Shown one piece after another: positions 27,962 to 40,580 of a stretch of DNA of 64,000 nucleotides (position 1 is its first letter; the number at the start of each line of letters is the position of its first letter). A model generated the notes under the pieces. That model was not told where the DNA came from and made no database searches. It saw nothing but the letters and a program-made list of their open reading frames with translations. Position numbers and translations under genes: made by a program. Origin of the DNA: Malacoraja senta (taxonomy: Eukaryota); the NCBI GenBank assembly GCA_038087875.1, contig CM075991.1:12030001-12094000 (forward strand). Reading direction: 5' to 3'.

Positions 27962-28881
27962 TCCTCTGTGGTTGTGTCTATCTCGCCAGGGGGACAGCAC
28001 ATACCCAGCCCCTGTGATGAGCGAGCCTTTTGCATCGCCCATCGGTGGGAACGGTTGCTGGGTCTATTGCTGACCATCTATCCCCCTCACACCCCTCCAA
28101 TGGAAGCCATTGGCTTGCCATTCTCCCAGGAGCAAGAAAGCAAGAGAAGTCAGTGGAAGTTAATAGGAGCTGAATTAGGTCATTCGGCCCATCGAGTCTA
28201 CTCCACCATTCAATCAAGACTGATCTATCTTTCCCTCTCAACCCCATTCTCCTGCCTTCTCCCCAGAACCTTTGACACCCGCTCTAAACGAGGAGGCCAG
28301 GTGGTGCAGCAGCTCCTGTCTACTCTACATACCTACACTAATTATACCTGGTGTTGCTTCAAATGAGGAGTCACCAAAAGATAAGAGTGAGAATGTTACT
28401 TTTTTTTGTTAACTTAAAGAATGAAATTAATTTTAGTGCCATTCAGTGTTTTTGGTCATTTTTTAAAGAGTTTAAAATATTTTACTAATTTAATGACAGA
28501 ATTTCCAGTATGCACTTGGGAGCATTGCATAACCTATTTTCTAACTCCCTTTGTCTATTGGACCTAGTAATTGCCCCCAGTAATTGCCATCAAGGGGGGG
28601 GGGGGGGGGAGAAAGCTGAATCTAGCTCTATCAGCCCACTGAGTATCAGCCATGACAAACATTTGTTTCCCACAGCACCGTAAATAGCATGAGATACCCT
28701 CAGATGCTTCACAGTTGCTATATCTACACAAGGCATGGGAGGAAGTAAGTCAGTCAGTGAGTCATTGGGCTCGCAATCATATCTGACTGAGTCATGTTTC
28801 TGGGCCAAGCGACCACTCAAGTAAAGCAGTCGGCTGCTGCAGATTGTGAATTGGGAGGTACTTCAGGAAAGGAAGCCTTAC

Positions 28882-29051
28882 CTGTAGAATAAGGATAAAG
28901 TAATCAACCGATTTGCCTCGGGTGTAGAGATAGTGGTCAGGACCATGCTTGTTGTCCTCGTCAAATTTGATCTCGTTAATGACGTCGGGATGTTTAAGGA
29001 GGCGCAGTAGAATCTTCTCCGAAATATTTGCAGCATTAAATTGAATGATCT
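28882..29051 (-). CDS. CNNM4: CNNM4-like exon 4 (CNBH domain)
   Basis: [57 protein letters not shown]. cag| and |gtaagg, 170 bp. Confidence 0.92.
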
Positions 29052-31789
29052 CTGAGGAGGAGAGCAGAAGAGTTGGAGTAAACCACTGGAGCATGGTGCT
29101 GGATTGCAGTGTGCACAACATGAATACTTGGAAGTACAGAAGCCTACACTCCATGTATTTCTGCACCCTCTTTTCCATGCCTTCAATGTGTGGTTCGAGA
29201 GTGGGATTCACCAGCCCTCCTCTGGGCTGGGGATGGGGGACAGGGGGACAGGGGGACAGTGGGAGTCCCCCCCCCCCCCCCCCCCCCATCATGCTACCTG
29301 TCCCTCCACCCCACTTCCTGGGCTGGACTGATTGGGTTCTAGCCTTTCCTATTGGAGGAATGGGATGGTTGACATTCTCCAGACTCTCTTTGCAAATCCA
29401 CTCTGTGAAGAGGTAGTCAACTATCTCCTCTCCATAGCAATCACCCCAAGGGCAGCCTGCGCAGGTAGCAAGATTCCAACAGTGCAGGAGGTGCCAAGTG
29501 AGGTCTTGGTTCTTGATGGCGAGTTCTGACTATGAGACATAGTGTCGCCAGACAACCTCGACAGTCTGCTCAGGGAACCTCGCCACAGGATCCATCAAGT
29601 CCTTGTCCTGCAGTGCTTGCAGGATATTCCTTGCTGACCACTGCCTGAGAGACTTGTTGTCAATGGCGCTAGTCCTGTAGAACGTTTCCACGAAGGACAG
29701 ATGGTGCAGCTGTGTCTAGCTAACTGGTTGGATAGCTGTTCAGCCCCCCTCTTTCCCCCTGGGAGATGGGCTGGAATGGGGAACACTCACTCACTACCTC
29801 TCGCAGCCGGTTAGGGTGGGATCACAGGGAGACAGTCACCACACTGAATGAACCGTCCAACTCTATGATGCAGTTTATATCATTCCCTTTCCACAAAGTC
29901 CAGACGCCTTCTGTTGCCTTTGGTTTCCGCTGCTCTTTTTTGACCAGTTTTGTTTCAGTCTTGTGATCTTGATGGTAAACAAGTCCATCATAAGCAAACT
30001 TGGTGCTGACTCATCACTGCCACGAGATCAGTGGGATGATCATCTATTCTTATTCAAGTCTTCAACAACAGTTCCCAACAGGAAAACAATACCTTCTGAG
30101 CACCCATCAAGGTTCACCACAGCTCCACCTCCCCATCACGTCATCCTGGTTTTAGAGAAACAACGTGGAAACAGGCCCTTCGGACCATCGAGTCTGCGCC
30201 AACCAGCATCAACCATTCACACTAGCTCTATCCTACACATGAGGATCAGGTTACAGAGGGCCAATTAACCTACAAACCCATACATCTTTAGGATTGGGAT
30301 GAAACATGCAACGGAAAAAAAACCACACAGAGTTGTGAGTCTATGGAATTCTCTGCCTCAGAGGTTCTCTGGATACCTTCAAGAGAGAGCTGGATAGGGC
30401 TCTTAGAGATAGCGGAGTCAGGGGATATGGGGAGAAGGCATGAATGGGGTACTGATTGGGGATGATCAGCCATGATCACATTGAATGGCTCAAAGGGCCG
30501 AATGGCCTACTCCTGCACCTATTGTCTATTGATCGCAGAGAGAACTCCACACAGACAGTGCCCGAGGTCTCTGGCGCTGTGAAACAGTAGCTCTATCACT
30601 GCACCAATGTGCCACCTTGGTTGTGGCTCCATTAGCCCAGAAGCTGCTCCCATGCTCTATATTCCACTGGGTGTCGGGAGCGTGGCTGACTTTGTGACCT
30701 CCCACCCAATAACTTCCCAAGGAGGAATAACAAGGGCTGATTTACAGAATGCCCGGCCTCAGCAGTATAAGTAGAGAGAGCGGTCAGGGCTGGAAATTAG
30801 CGGTTGCCCGGGTGCCATTGACCACAGAAAGTGCCCCCGGGCAACCTAAACGCCGACTCGTTTTGCCCGGTTTGGCAACCAAATACTGGTTTATACCGGT
30901 AGACGCAAATAACTGGAGTAACTCCGCAGGTCAGGCAGCATCTCTGGCGAATAGGAACTGACATTTCGTGTCGTCGGCGGCTCTATTCCTCTAGTATCTT
31001 TGATTGCGGGTCAAAGATACTAGGTGCGTGATGAGGAAGGGTCGGGGCGAATGACGGGCCCTGAACAGCGGCCGCGACAGCGGCTCCACCGCCTCCTCCT
31101 CCCGCCCCCCGCCCGGCAGAAGGAGGCCTCCCTCTCCCTCCCTCCCTCCCCCCCCTCCTCCCGGCCTCGGCGTGCGAGAGGGGTTGGTTTGAAGGCGCCT
31201 TTTGCGGATTTGCCATAAGCGGCTCCTATCGCCTTGCTAACGGTCGCTGCTTGCAACTCCGCTAACGGCGCTTTCAAACCAACCCCTCTCGCACGCCGAG
31301 GCCGGGAGGAGGGAGGGAGAGGGAGGAGGAGGCCTCCTTCCGCCGTCTGAAGCAAAGATATATAATCTTTGGTCTGAAGCAGCTGCACCAAAGATCCTAC
31401 AGCTATAGGATCTTTGAGCTGCACCGCTCGGCCCCGCACCTTCCTGTCGGCTGGCGGAGGAGGGGATGCGGTGGCGAGGAGGCGCCGGCACTTTGGCGTT
31501 GGACAGGGATGGCCAAGGCAGCTGGGCGATGTTGTCCGAGGAGCGCTGACCTTCCTTCCTCCCCACCTCCTCTGCCCCTTACCCCCCCCTCTTTCTCTCT
31601 CTCTCTCTCTCTCGTACGCCCCCCCCTCCACCCTTCTTATCCTGGGACCCCTCATCTCCATCCCGCACTGATCCCCATTCCCTCATCTATTCAGTCCTCA
31701 CTGGCATCCCCTGTGCTCCCCTCCCCATCTACCCCCCCCAATCTATTCATCACCCTACCCACCTCGCATTGATTCTCCTGCCACCCCCC

Positions 31790-32335
31790 CATCCATCCTG
31801 TACTGACCCCCTTCCCATCCATCCTGCACTTCTCCCCCCATTCATACTGCACTGATCCTCCCATTCATCCCGTACCGACACCCTCCATTTACCCTGCACC
31901 AATCCCCCCCCCCATCCATCCTGTAGTGATCTTCCCATTCATCTTTTACTGATCACCATTCATCCTGAACTGATCCCCTCATTCATCCTGTAGTGATCCC
32001 CTCATTCATCCTGCATAGACCCTCCTATCCACACTGTCCTGACCCCCCCCCCCAATTAATCCTGTACTGATCCCCCCCATTCATCCTGTGCTGATCCCTC
32101 CCCCCATCCATCCTGTACTGATCCCACCCATTCAAGAAGAATGGGAGGAACAGTCTGAAGAAGGATCTCGACCCGAAACATTGCCTATTTCCTTAGCTCC
32201 ATAGATGCTGCCTCACCCGCTGAATTTCTCCAGCATTTTTGTCTACCCCCATTCATCCTGTACTGAACCCCCATTCATCCTATACTGAACCCCCCCATCC
32301 ATCCCATACTGATCCCCACATTCAACACCACTGAC
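31790..32335 (+). repeat. C-rich ~23-bp degenerate minisatellite
   Basis: Repeated cattcatcctgtactgatccccc-like units, interrupted by a Penelope-like repeat at about 32135-32250. Confidence 0.75.
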
Positions 32336-33121
32336 ATCCCCCGTGCTCTCCCCTCACAAGTTTACATACTCCAACCAACACATACTAATTCACCTGCCTC
32401 AATCCATCCATTCCGCACCGATTGCCTTCTCAACCCCCCCCCCCCCCGCCATCTATCCACCCCGCACTGATTCACACACCCCCTGACCCTATTGTGCTTC
32501 ATGGTCTTCAGAGCGAACATTGATTATGTTTGATAACGGAATGTAATCAAATGTGTTTTAATTCCCAATGTTATTATTTGTTTTGACACCTTTAAACATA
32601 TTAGCAAAAGAACATTTGCTGCAGTTATGTCCTTTGGCCATCTCTTGTCAGTTAGTGTAATGTTTAACCTGTCAGATGGGGATAGTCGGTTTTAACAGCT
32701 ATTATAAAATGCCTTTAGAAATTTCCTTGCAACCTGTATATTTTGTTATGGATAAATTATGTGGGAAGCCAGAGTGTTTCTGTGCCAATAGCAATAACGA
32801 CCCGTGCTATGGCCATGTCATGGTAATTTTCGGTCCTTCACAGAAAACATGCTTGCATCAATCTGTAGTGTGTTTGGTTAAGCATATATGTTACCATGGT
32901 CCAGGATTTATTGACGCAGGTTGATCATATGCTGAATAATCCAACCACATTTTTGTTTGGAAGTGGAAAGAACTAATAGAAATTGCATTAATTGCAATGT
33001 GTAAAAAGAGTTGAGATATTGTATTATAATTTTGCTGCATGTCATTGTGGTATATATCATGTCTTGATTGGTGAATATGTTTAGTTTGTGAGTTATTTGA
33101 AGCAGTAATAATATGTGAATG

Positions 33122-33338
33122 TAGACAAAAGTGCTGGAGAAACTCAGTGGATGCGGCAGCATCTATGGAACGAAGGAAATAGGCAACGTTTCGGGCCAAA
33201 TCGCTTCTTCAGACTGATGGGTTTCAGCCTGAAACGTTGCCTATTTCCTTCACTCCATAGATGCTGCTGCACCCGCTGAGTTTCTTGAGCACTTTTGTCT
33301 ACCTTCGATTTTCCAGCATCTGCAGTTCCTTCTTGAAC
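33122..33338. mobile_element. Inverted Penelope-like short element with TSD
   Basis: Palindromic arms around a hammerhead-like core, flanked by ataatatgtgaatg (33108-33121 and 33339-33352). Confidence 0.8.
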
Positions 33339-33521
33339 ATAATATGTGAATGCTTCATTGAGCATAATTCCGACTGGTAACTACGCACTTCGTCCGAGCA
33401 CATTATCGCACGCGTCATGCAAACCGTCTACAATGACCACCTAAACTGTCATTTGGCAACCTAAAAAGCTGTCAAGGTTGCCCGGCTGGCAACAGGGAAA
33501 AAAAGTTAAGCGAGAGCCCTG

Positions 33522-34340
33522 GCGGTAAAGACACATGATATGCTTGCCTTCATCGGTAGAGGCATCGAGTACAAAAGTCAGCAAGTCATGTTGCAGCTGT
33601 GTAAAACTTTGGTTTGCCTACATTTGAGTACTGCATACAGTTCTGGTTGCCCCATTACCAGAGGGATCTAGGGGCATTGGAGAAGGTGTGTAAGAGGTTT
33701 AACAGTATGTTGTTTGTATTAGAGGGTATTAGTTACACGGAGAGGTTGGACAAACCTGGATTGGTTTCTCTGGAGTGTTGGAGGTTGAGGAGAGACCTGA
33801 TAGAAATATATACAATTATGAGACGCAGAGATAGTACAGACAGTTAGAACCTTTTTCTCTAGGGTGGAAAATGTCAAAGACTAAAGGCCATTGTTTTAAG
33901 GTGAGACGGGGAAAGTTTAAAGATGTTTGAGGCAAGTTTTTTTAAACACAGAGTGGTGGGTGCCTGGAATGTGCTGCCAGGGCTGGTGGTGGAGGCAGAT
34001 ACAATAGGGGCATTTGAGAGACTTTTAGTTAGGCAGATAGATGTGGAAGGATGTGGATCATATGCAGGCAGTCAGAATCTTTTCCCCGGGATGGAATTTT
34101 CAAAATACCAAAGGGCATAGCTTTAAATTGGGAAGGGGAAATTTTAAGGAGATGTGTGGGGCAAAGTATTTATTTTTTTATTTATTTTAAAAAATTACAC
34201 AGAGTGTGGTAGATGCTAGAAAGCATTCCCTGAAGTGGTGGTGGAGGCAGATACAATAGTGGCATTAAAGCGTTTTTAGAAAGACTCATGGCTATGCAGG
34301 GACTGGAGGGATATGGATCATGTGCGGGCAATAGGGAGTG
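33522..34340 (+). mobile_element. CR1-like LINE fragment(s) with partly duplicated 3' segment
   Basis: EYCIQFWLPHY..D..ALEKV, SLECWRLRRDLIEIY, RVVGAWNVLP. More CR1 pieces at about 6430-7150(-), 24550-25010(+), 37860-38250(+), 44130-44375(+), 47340-47610(-), 50910-51210(-), 52470-52830(+), 55945-56180 and 57005-57140(+). Confidence 0.8.
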
Positions 34341-34789
34341 ATTAGACAGCGAATAACATGAAGCTTGCAAAAGTTCATAATTCACCAACCAGCGCCGTTT
34401 TCGACACACCCCGTTGATGACAGCACATGCACAGCAGAGAAAACCCGACAGCAAGAAAAAGGCCAACTTGTTTCATCAACAAAATCTTCAACTCATGCAA
34501 GTTACCAGCTAAATCCCAAGGCAGCAATTGTGCTATTTCCTCTCCTCCACAGTTCGAGACAGACAAGATGGGTAATTAACTGGCTCCCTGTAATTAAGAA
34601 TTACAGGGTGACTTGTGGCTGACTGCGCTCACTGAAACCATCTATCTCACTAACATGGCACCACCCAAGATGTGCTTTTCATAGCTGGGGGCTGACGGCC
34701 AAAACAGTCATTCACAGCAGGAGTTTGGTTCACATCATCCAGTCCAAACCCACCTCAAATTTAAAATTCTCACTGTTGTTCACAAGTTA

Positions 34790-35520
34790 TAGGATTAGAA
34801 TTAGGCCATTTGACCCATCGGGTCTATTCCCCCATTCAGTCATTGCTGATCTCTGCCTCCTAATCCCATTTTCCTGCCTTTCACCCTTTACGCCCATTCT
34901 AATCAAAACTATCTCTGCTTTAAAAATATCCACTGACTTGGCCTCCACAGTCCTCTGTGGCAATGAGTTCCACAGATTAACAACCCTCTGACTAAAGTTC
35001 TTCCTCGCCTCCTTTCTAAAAGAGTGCCTTTTAATTTTGAGGCTAAGACCTCTGGACCAAGACTCTCCCATCAGTGGACACATCCTTTCCACATCCACTC
35101 TATCTATGCCTTACATTATTCTGTACGTTTCAATGAGGTTCTCCTCAACCTTCTAAACTCCAACGAGTACAGGCCCAGTGCTGTCAAACGCTCATCATAT
35201 GCTAACCCACTCATTCCTGGAATCACTCTTGTAAACCTCCTCTGGACCCTCTCCAGAACCAGCACATTCTTCCTGATATGGGGCTCAAATTTGCTCACAG
35301 TACTCCAAATGCTGCCTTACCAGCACCTTATAGAGTTACATCTCTGTTTTTGTATTCCAGTCCTCTTGATAGAAATGCTAGCGTTGAATTTGCTTTCCTT
35401 ACTACTAATTCGATTTGCAAATGAACTTCTGGGAGTCCTGCACCAGCACTCCCTAGTCCCTTTGCACCTCCGATTTCTGGATTCACATTAGAAAACAATC
35501 TACGCCTTTATTCTTTCACC
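34790..35520 (-). mobile_element. CR1/HER1-like LINE 3' fragment
   Basis: LERVQRRFTRVIPGMSGLAYDERL..LGLYSLEFRRLR and FSQRVVNLWNSLPQ. Confidence 0.85.
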
Positions 35521-35521
35521 A

Positions 35522-35995
35522 AATGGTGCCAGCACAACAACCTGGCTCCCAATATCAGTAAAACCAATGAACTGATTGTGGACTTTGGAAGAGGAAGGTT
35601 GAGGACCCATAATCCTGTTTATATCAACAGGTGGAGAGAGTCAAAAACTTCAAATTCCTGGGCGTGCACATTTCCAAAGATCTTTCCTGTACCCAGCACA
35701 CGGATGCAATTATAAAGTAAGCACATCAACACCTCTACTTCCTGAGAAGATTACGGAGATTCGGCATGTCGAAGAGGATTCTCTTCAACTTCTACAGGTG
35801 TACAGTAGAGAGCATATTGACTGGTTGCATCACGGCCTGGTTCGGCAACTTGACTGAACCATACGGAAAAGACTGCAAAACGTTGTGAACACTGCCCAGT
35901 CCATCCCCGACTCTGACCTCCCCACCATTGAAGGGATTTATCGGAGTCACTGCCTCAAAAAGGCAGCCAGCATCATGAGAGACCCACACCACCCT
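35522..35995 (+). mobile_element. Rex1/Babar-like LINE RT fragment
   Basis: WCQHNNL..NISKTNELIVDF, VERVKNFKFLGVHIS, HLYFLRRLRRFGM, FYRCTVESILTGCITAWFGN. A related 3' piece lies at about 51750-52140. Confidence 0.75.
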
Positions 35996-36220
35996 TGTTT
36001 CTATGTTTCTGAAGGGCAGAAACTTGAGTTTAGTTTATTGGCCCGTGTACCGAGGAACAGTGAAAAGTTTTTGTTGCGTGCTGTCCAGTCAGCGGAAAGG
36101 CAATACATGATTACAATCGAATTATCCACAGTGTACAGGCACATTATAAAGGGAATAACGTGAATAATGTTTAGTGCAAGATAAAGCCAGGAAACTTGGC
36201 ACAAAGAACCAACTTCTCAC

Positions 36221-36358
36221 CTGTGGATAGGAAGCGATGAGCAGCAAGGAGCAGCTGAGGGGACACCTTAATTTGAACCTCATTAACAGTCGGCTTGAAG
36301 GCAGAAAAGTCCCTTTTCTTGTTATAGTGAACCGTCTTCATTCTTGATCTATTGTCAG
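36221..36358 (-). CDS. CNNM4: CNNM4-like exon 3
   Basis: Hand translation [46 protein letters not shown]. tag| and |gtgaga, 138 bp. Confidence 0.9.
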
Positions 36359-37382
36359 CTAAAAACGAGAGAGTTTAGTTTAGTCTACAGATACTCTTCT
36401 GCCCACCAGGTCCATGCCAACCATTCATCACATATTCACACTAGTTCTATGTTATCCCACTTTTGTATGCACTCCCTACACACTCGGGGCAATTTACAGA
36501 GGCCAATTAAACCCACACAGAGAACGTGCAAACTTCACAGAGACAGCACCCGAGGTCAGGATCAAACCCTGGTGCAGTCTCTGGCGCAGTGAGGCAGCAG
36601 CTCTACCAGCTGCGCCATCGTGCCATCCCAGAGAGCATGCATAACTAAAAATACCTGTTCCTCACAGTACAGGCCCTTTGGCCCACTATGTCTGCAGCGA
36701 ACATGATGCCAAGACCAACTTTGATCTGCCTGAATATAATCCACATCCTTCCATTCCCTGCATTGCCATGTGCTAGCTAAGACTCTTAAATCCCACTATC
36801 ATACCTATTTAACAGGGACCTCATGTTTTTTTCCCACTCAGGGGGTAGTCTGTACCTGGCATGAGCTGCCAGAGAAACCTATAGAAGCAGATTAAATTAT
36901 AACTTTTAAAAGTCATTTGAATAGACTTCAATATGACAAGTTTAGTTTAGATGGGAAAGGTTTAGAGGGTTATGGGCCAAATGCAGACCGATAAGATTAG
37001 CCCAATATGCCAACTTGGCCGGCATAGATAATATGGACCAAGTGGCCTATTTCCGTGCTGTCTATTTGGAAACAAAGGTTAATGGAAATCAGAAGGTCCC
37101 TCTCCATATAGTTCTTTAGGCCTGGGAGGTCTGAAAATATCAAATCCGAGACTGAACAATTTTCATGCGAGTCAATAGGATTTTGGAATAAAGTGGTATG
37201 GATAGAGTTAAGAAAGAACTGAAGATGCTGGGTCTCGACCCGAAACGTCACCTATTCCTTCACTCCATAGATGCTGCCTCACCCGCTGAGTTTCTCCAGC
37301 ATTTTTGTCTACCTGGGATAGAGTTAAGAAACTGTAGGACTTCCAACTGAATGATGGAATGTGACGCCTTTGCTGCATTCTA

Positions 37383-37559
<177 letters not shown>

Positions 37560-38345
37560 TCATTAAAAATAAGCACAAATCATAAAAAATACATTGAAAC
37601 AGAAAAGGAACATAACAGATAACATGAATTTTAATTCCATCATTTGCAATGTTCAGTGTTTCTGAGTCATTCGTAACTGTCACTGTATGTCATGTTGTTA
37701 CTTATGGGCGGAGCACCAAGGCAAATTCCTTGTATGTGAATACTTGGCCAATAAACTTACTTACTTACAAAGGAAAGCTTTTGTTACTTTTCTTAAACAC
37801 ACCCTTCTCAAGCATTGCCTTGATTCGAAGACAGTGCTGTATCACAACTCATGGAGCTGCTGCCTCAGGAGGCTAATCATACAGAGGTGTATAAAATCAT
37901 GAGTGGAATAGACAGGTTGAATGCATTCCCCTATCCCAGGGAAATAGTTTTTTGTCGCCCCATGGTTGGGGAAATCATGTATTAGGGACATAGGTTTAAT
38001 GTGAGAGGCAAAAGGTTTTATAGGAAGCAAAGGGGCACCTTTTTCACACAAAGGGTGGTGGATCAATGGAACAGGCTGCCAGAGGACATAGTTGAGGTAG
38101 GTACCATAACAACATTTGAAGGACACTAGGAAAGCTACTTTGATCAGAAAGATTTACAGGGATATGGGCCCAACACACAAACGGGACTAGCTTGGATGGA
38201 ACATCTTGGTCAGCACTGACAAATTATCCTGTTTCCATGCTGTTCTATAACTCACAGCTTCAGCATCCTGCCCTTAATGTGCAGATGAATGAAAATCTGG
38301 GTTGGGGGGAGAAGTTAATGGGAGTGTGTGGAGAAATGTGTAGGA

Positions 38346-38632
38346 TGGCACAGTAGTGCAGCGATAGAGTTGCTGCCTTACAGCGCCAGAGACCCGGGCT
38401 CAATCATGACCTCGGGTGCTCTCTGTACGGAGTTTGTACGTTCTGTGACAATGTGGGTTTTTCTAGGTGCTCCCATTTCCTCCCACACTCCAAAGACGTG
38501 CAGGTTTGTAGGTTAGTTGGCTTCTGTAAATTGTCCCTAGTGTGAAGGACAGAACAAGTGTATGGATGACTGTTGGTCGGTGGACTCGGTGGGCCGAAGG
38601 GCTTGTTTCCACGTTGTATATCTAAACTAAAC
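38346..38632 (+). mobile_element. HE1/V-SINE-like SINE
   Basis: Full head, core and tail. More copies at about 25205-25470(+), 25876-26145(+), 30150-30615(-, split), 36375-36625(-), 40670-40800(+), 42570-42845(+), 45920-46200(-) and 49055-49320(+). Confidence 0.8.
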
Positions 38633-39809
38633 ACAAACAGTTTTATTGTCGGCACAGACTTAGTTTGTGTATATATAAACACACTGAACTTTTTTTCTCC
38701 CGTTATGTACTATGTTTACATATTCTATTCTGCTGCAGCAAGTAAGAATTTCATTGTTCTATCTGGGACATATGACAATAAAATACTCTTGACTCTAGAT
38801 TCAAGGAATTCTATTCCTACGCTGTATGACTCTAGTTAGAAGAGTAAAGTTCCCTTTTAGTTTGCAGTTGCACCATATGGTGCTGGGATGGAGGTTCTGT
38901 TTTGCCATTCCCTGAACAAGTTGATGGACAGAAGTCCATGTCTGCAGTTCCCCCACTAAGGGATGGGAATGCTGCCTCACTCTAGCAAAGCAGCCATCCA
39001 TTTTCTTCCATCCCTCTGCACTCTCCCTACTGTGTTCAATTTCTTTGTATTAAAGTTAGCAATGAATCTGCGTCTCCCACCCTGCACTCTAGATCACAAC
39101 AGATTGGCACATAAAAATATCTCAACTTGCTACTGGTTCATGCCAATTATCTTAAATTGGTACCTTCTGGTTATTGACCCTCTTACCAGAAGGAACAGTT
39201 TCTCCTTATCATCATAACTATTTATATTAAGTCTCCTTTAACTATCCCTGGCTCCAAAGAAAAGCCCCTGCTTCTCTGCTCTCTAATCTCTCACCAATGG
39301 TTATGATAGCCCAAATCATCCTTTGGCCCCAGTTTCACATTCTCCAATGACGGCAGTTTTCTAGTTTCCAATCAAGATGATTTCATTCCCACATAACTTC
39401 TTTTTCAGAACTCAATTACACGTTGCTGTTGAATACTGACTTATTACAAGAGTATATGTGTCTGCAATTAATTGGAAAAATTGATGACCTCATGGACCAC
39501 GAGGATCGGTTCATGGACGGCAAATTAAAAGTGCAACTTGTGTTGTTGCCACGAGCCAGCTTGATATAAGACCTCAGTCCTAAATTTAAACCTTAAATAA
39601 CAGTGTTCGCATACAACAAATACCATCTGCCTCTACATCTCACTGGACAATCATGCACAAAAACTAGGTTGTCTTTGTCTGGTTTTACCTCTCATCTGAT
39701 CTGTTTATGCCGTTATACACTGCCTCAAATCCATGCAACCAGAGCGCTGGAGTTTCATTCACGATCAAATGAGATCTTCCTGCATTATTGAAGAAAATCA
39801 TTGCTACAG

Positions 39810-40580
39810 CATAGCAAAGTGTACAGTCATGCATTTTGGTAGTAGGAATAGAGGCATAAACTATTTTCTAAATGGGGAGAAGATTCAGAAATTGGAGATG
39901 CAATGGGAGTGCTGGTGCAGGATTCCCAAAATGCCAATTTGCAAGTTGAATCGGTAGTAAGGAAAGGAAATGCAATGTTAGCATTTATATCAAGAGACTA
40001 GAATATAAAAAACTGGGGCGCAATGCCGAGGTTTTATAAAGTACCGGTCAGTCTGCATTTGGAGTATTGTAAGGAGTTTTGGGCACAATATCAGAGGAGA
40101 GATGTGCCAGCGTTGGAGAGGGTCCAGAGGAGGTCTACGAGAATGATTCCAGTAATGATTAAGTTAACATATGATGAGCGTTTGATGGCTCTGGGCCTGT
40201 GCTCACTGGAGTTTAGAAGGGTGAAGCAGGACCTCATTGAACCTTACCGATGAGTGAAAGGCCTGGATAGAGTGGATATGGAGAGGATGTTTCTACTAGT
40301 GAGAGAGTCTTGTACCAGAGGGCACAGCTTCAGAATAAAAGGACACACCTTTAGAAAGGAGACGAGGAGGAGTTTCTTTAGTCAGAGGTTTGTGAATCTG
40401 TGGAATTTATTGCACACAGACAGCCGTGGACACCAAGTCATTGGGAATTTTTAACAGAGATTAACAGTTTCTTAATAGGTAAAGCTATCAAAGATTATGG
40501 GGAGAAGGCAGGAGAATGGGGTTGAGAAAGATAGATTAAATGGTGGTGTAGCTGAATGGCCTAATTCTCCTCCTCTGACA
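39810..40580 (+). mobile_element. CR1/HER1-like LINE 3' fragment
   Basis: KCTVMHFG, HLEYC...LERVQRR, SLEFRR..DLIE, TRGHS.RI, FFSQR.VNLWN. Confidence 0.85.

Larger units (their letters stand above)
30785..33521. mobile_element. Non-autonomous hAT-like DNA transposon with 5-bp TSD
   Basis: Ends CAGGGCT...AGCCCTG, flanked by GCGGT on both sides, with subterminal ggcaac/gttgcc motifs. It splits a CR1 RT remnant (gtagagagagcggt | aaagacacatgatatgcttgccttcat). Confidence 0.7.

Noticed and set aside
29330..30070. Possible old LINE remnant
   Set aside because: Too degraded to assign a family or boundaries by eye.
31020..31661. 213-aa GC-rich ORF as a gene
   Set aside because: Low-complexity translation inside a transposon and inverted repeat, with no recognisable domain.
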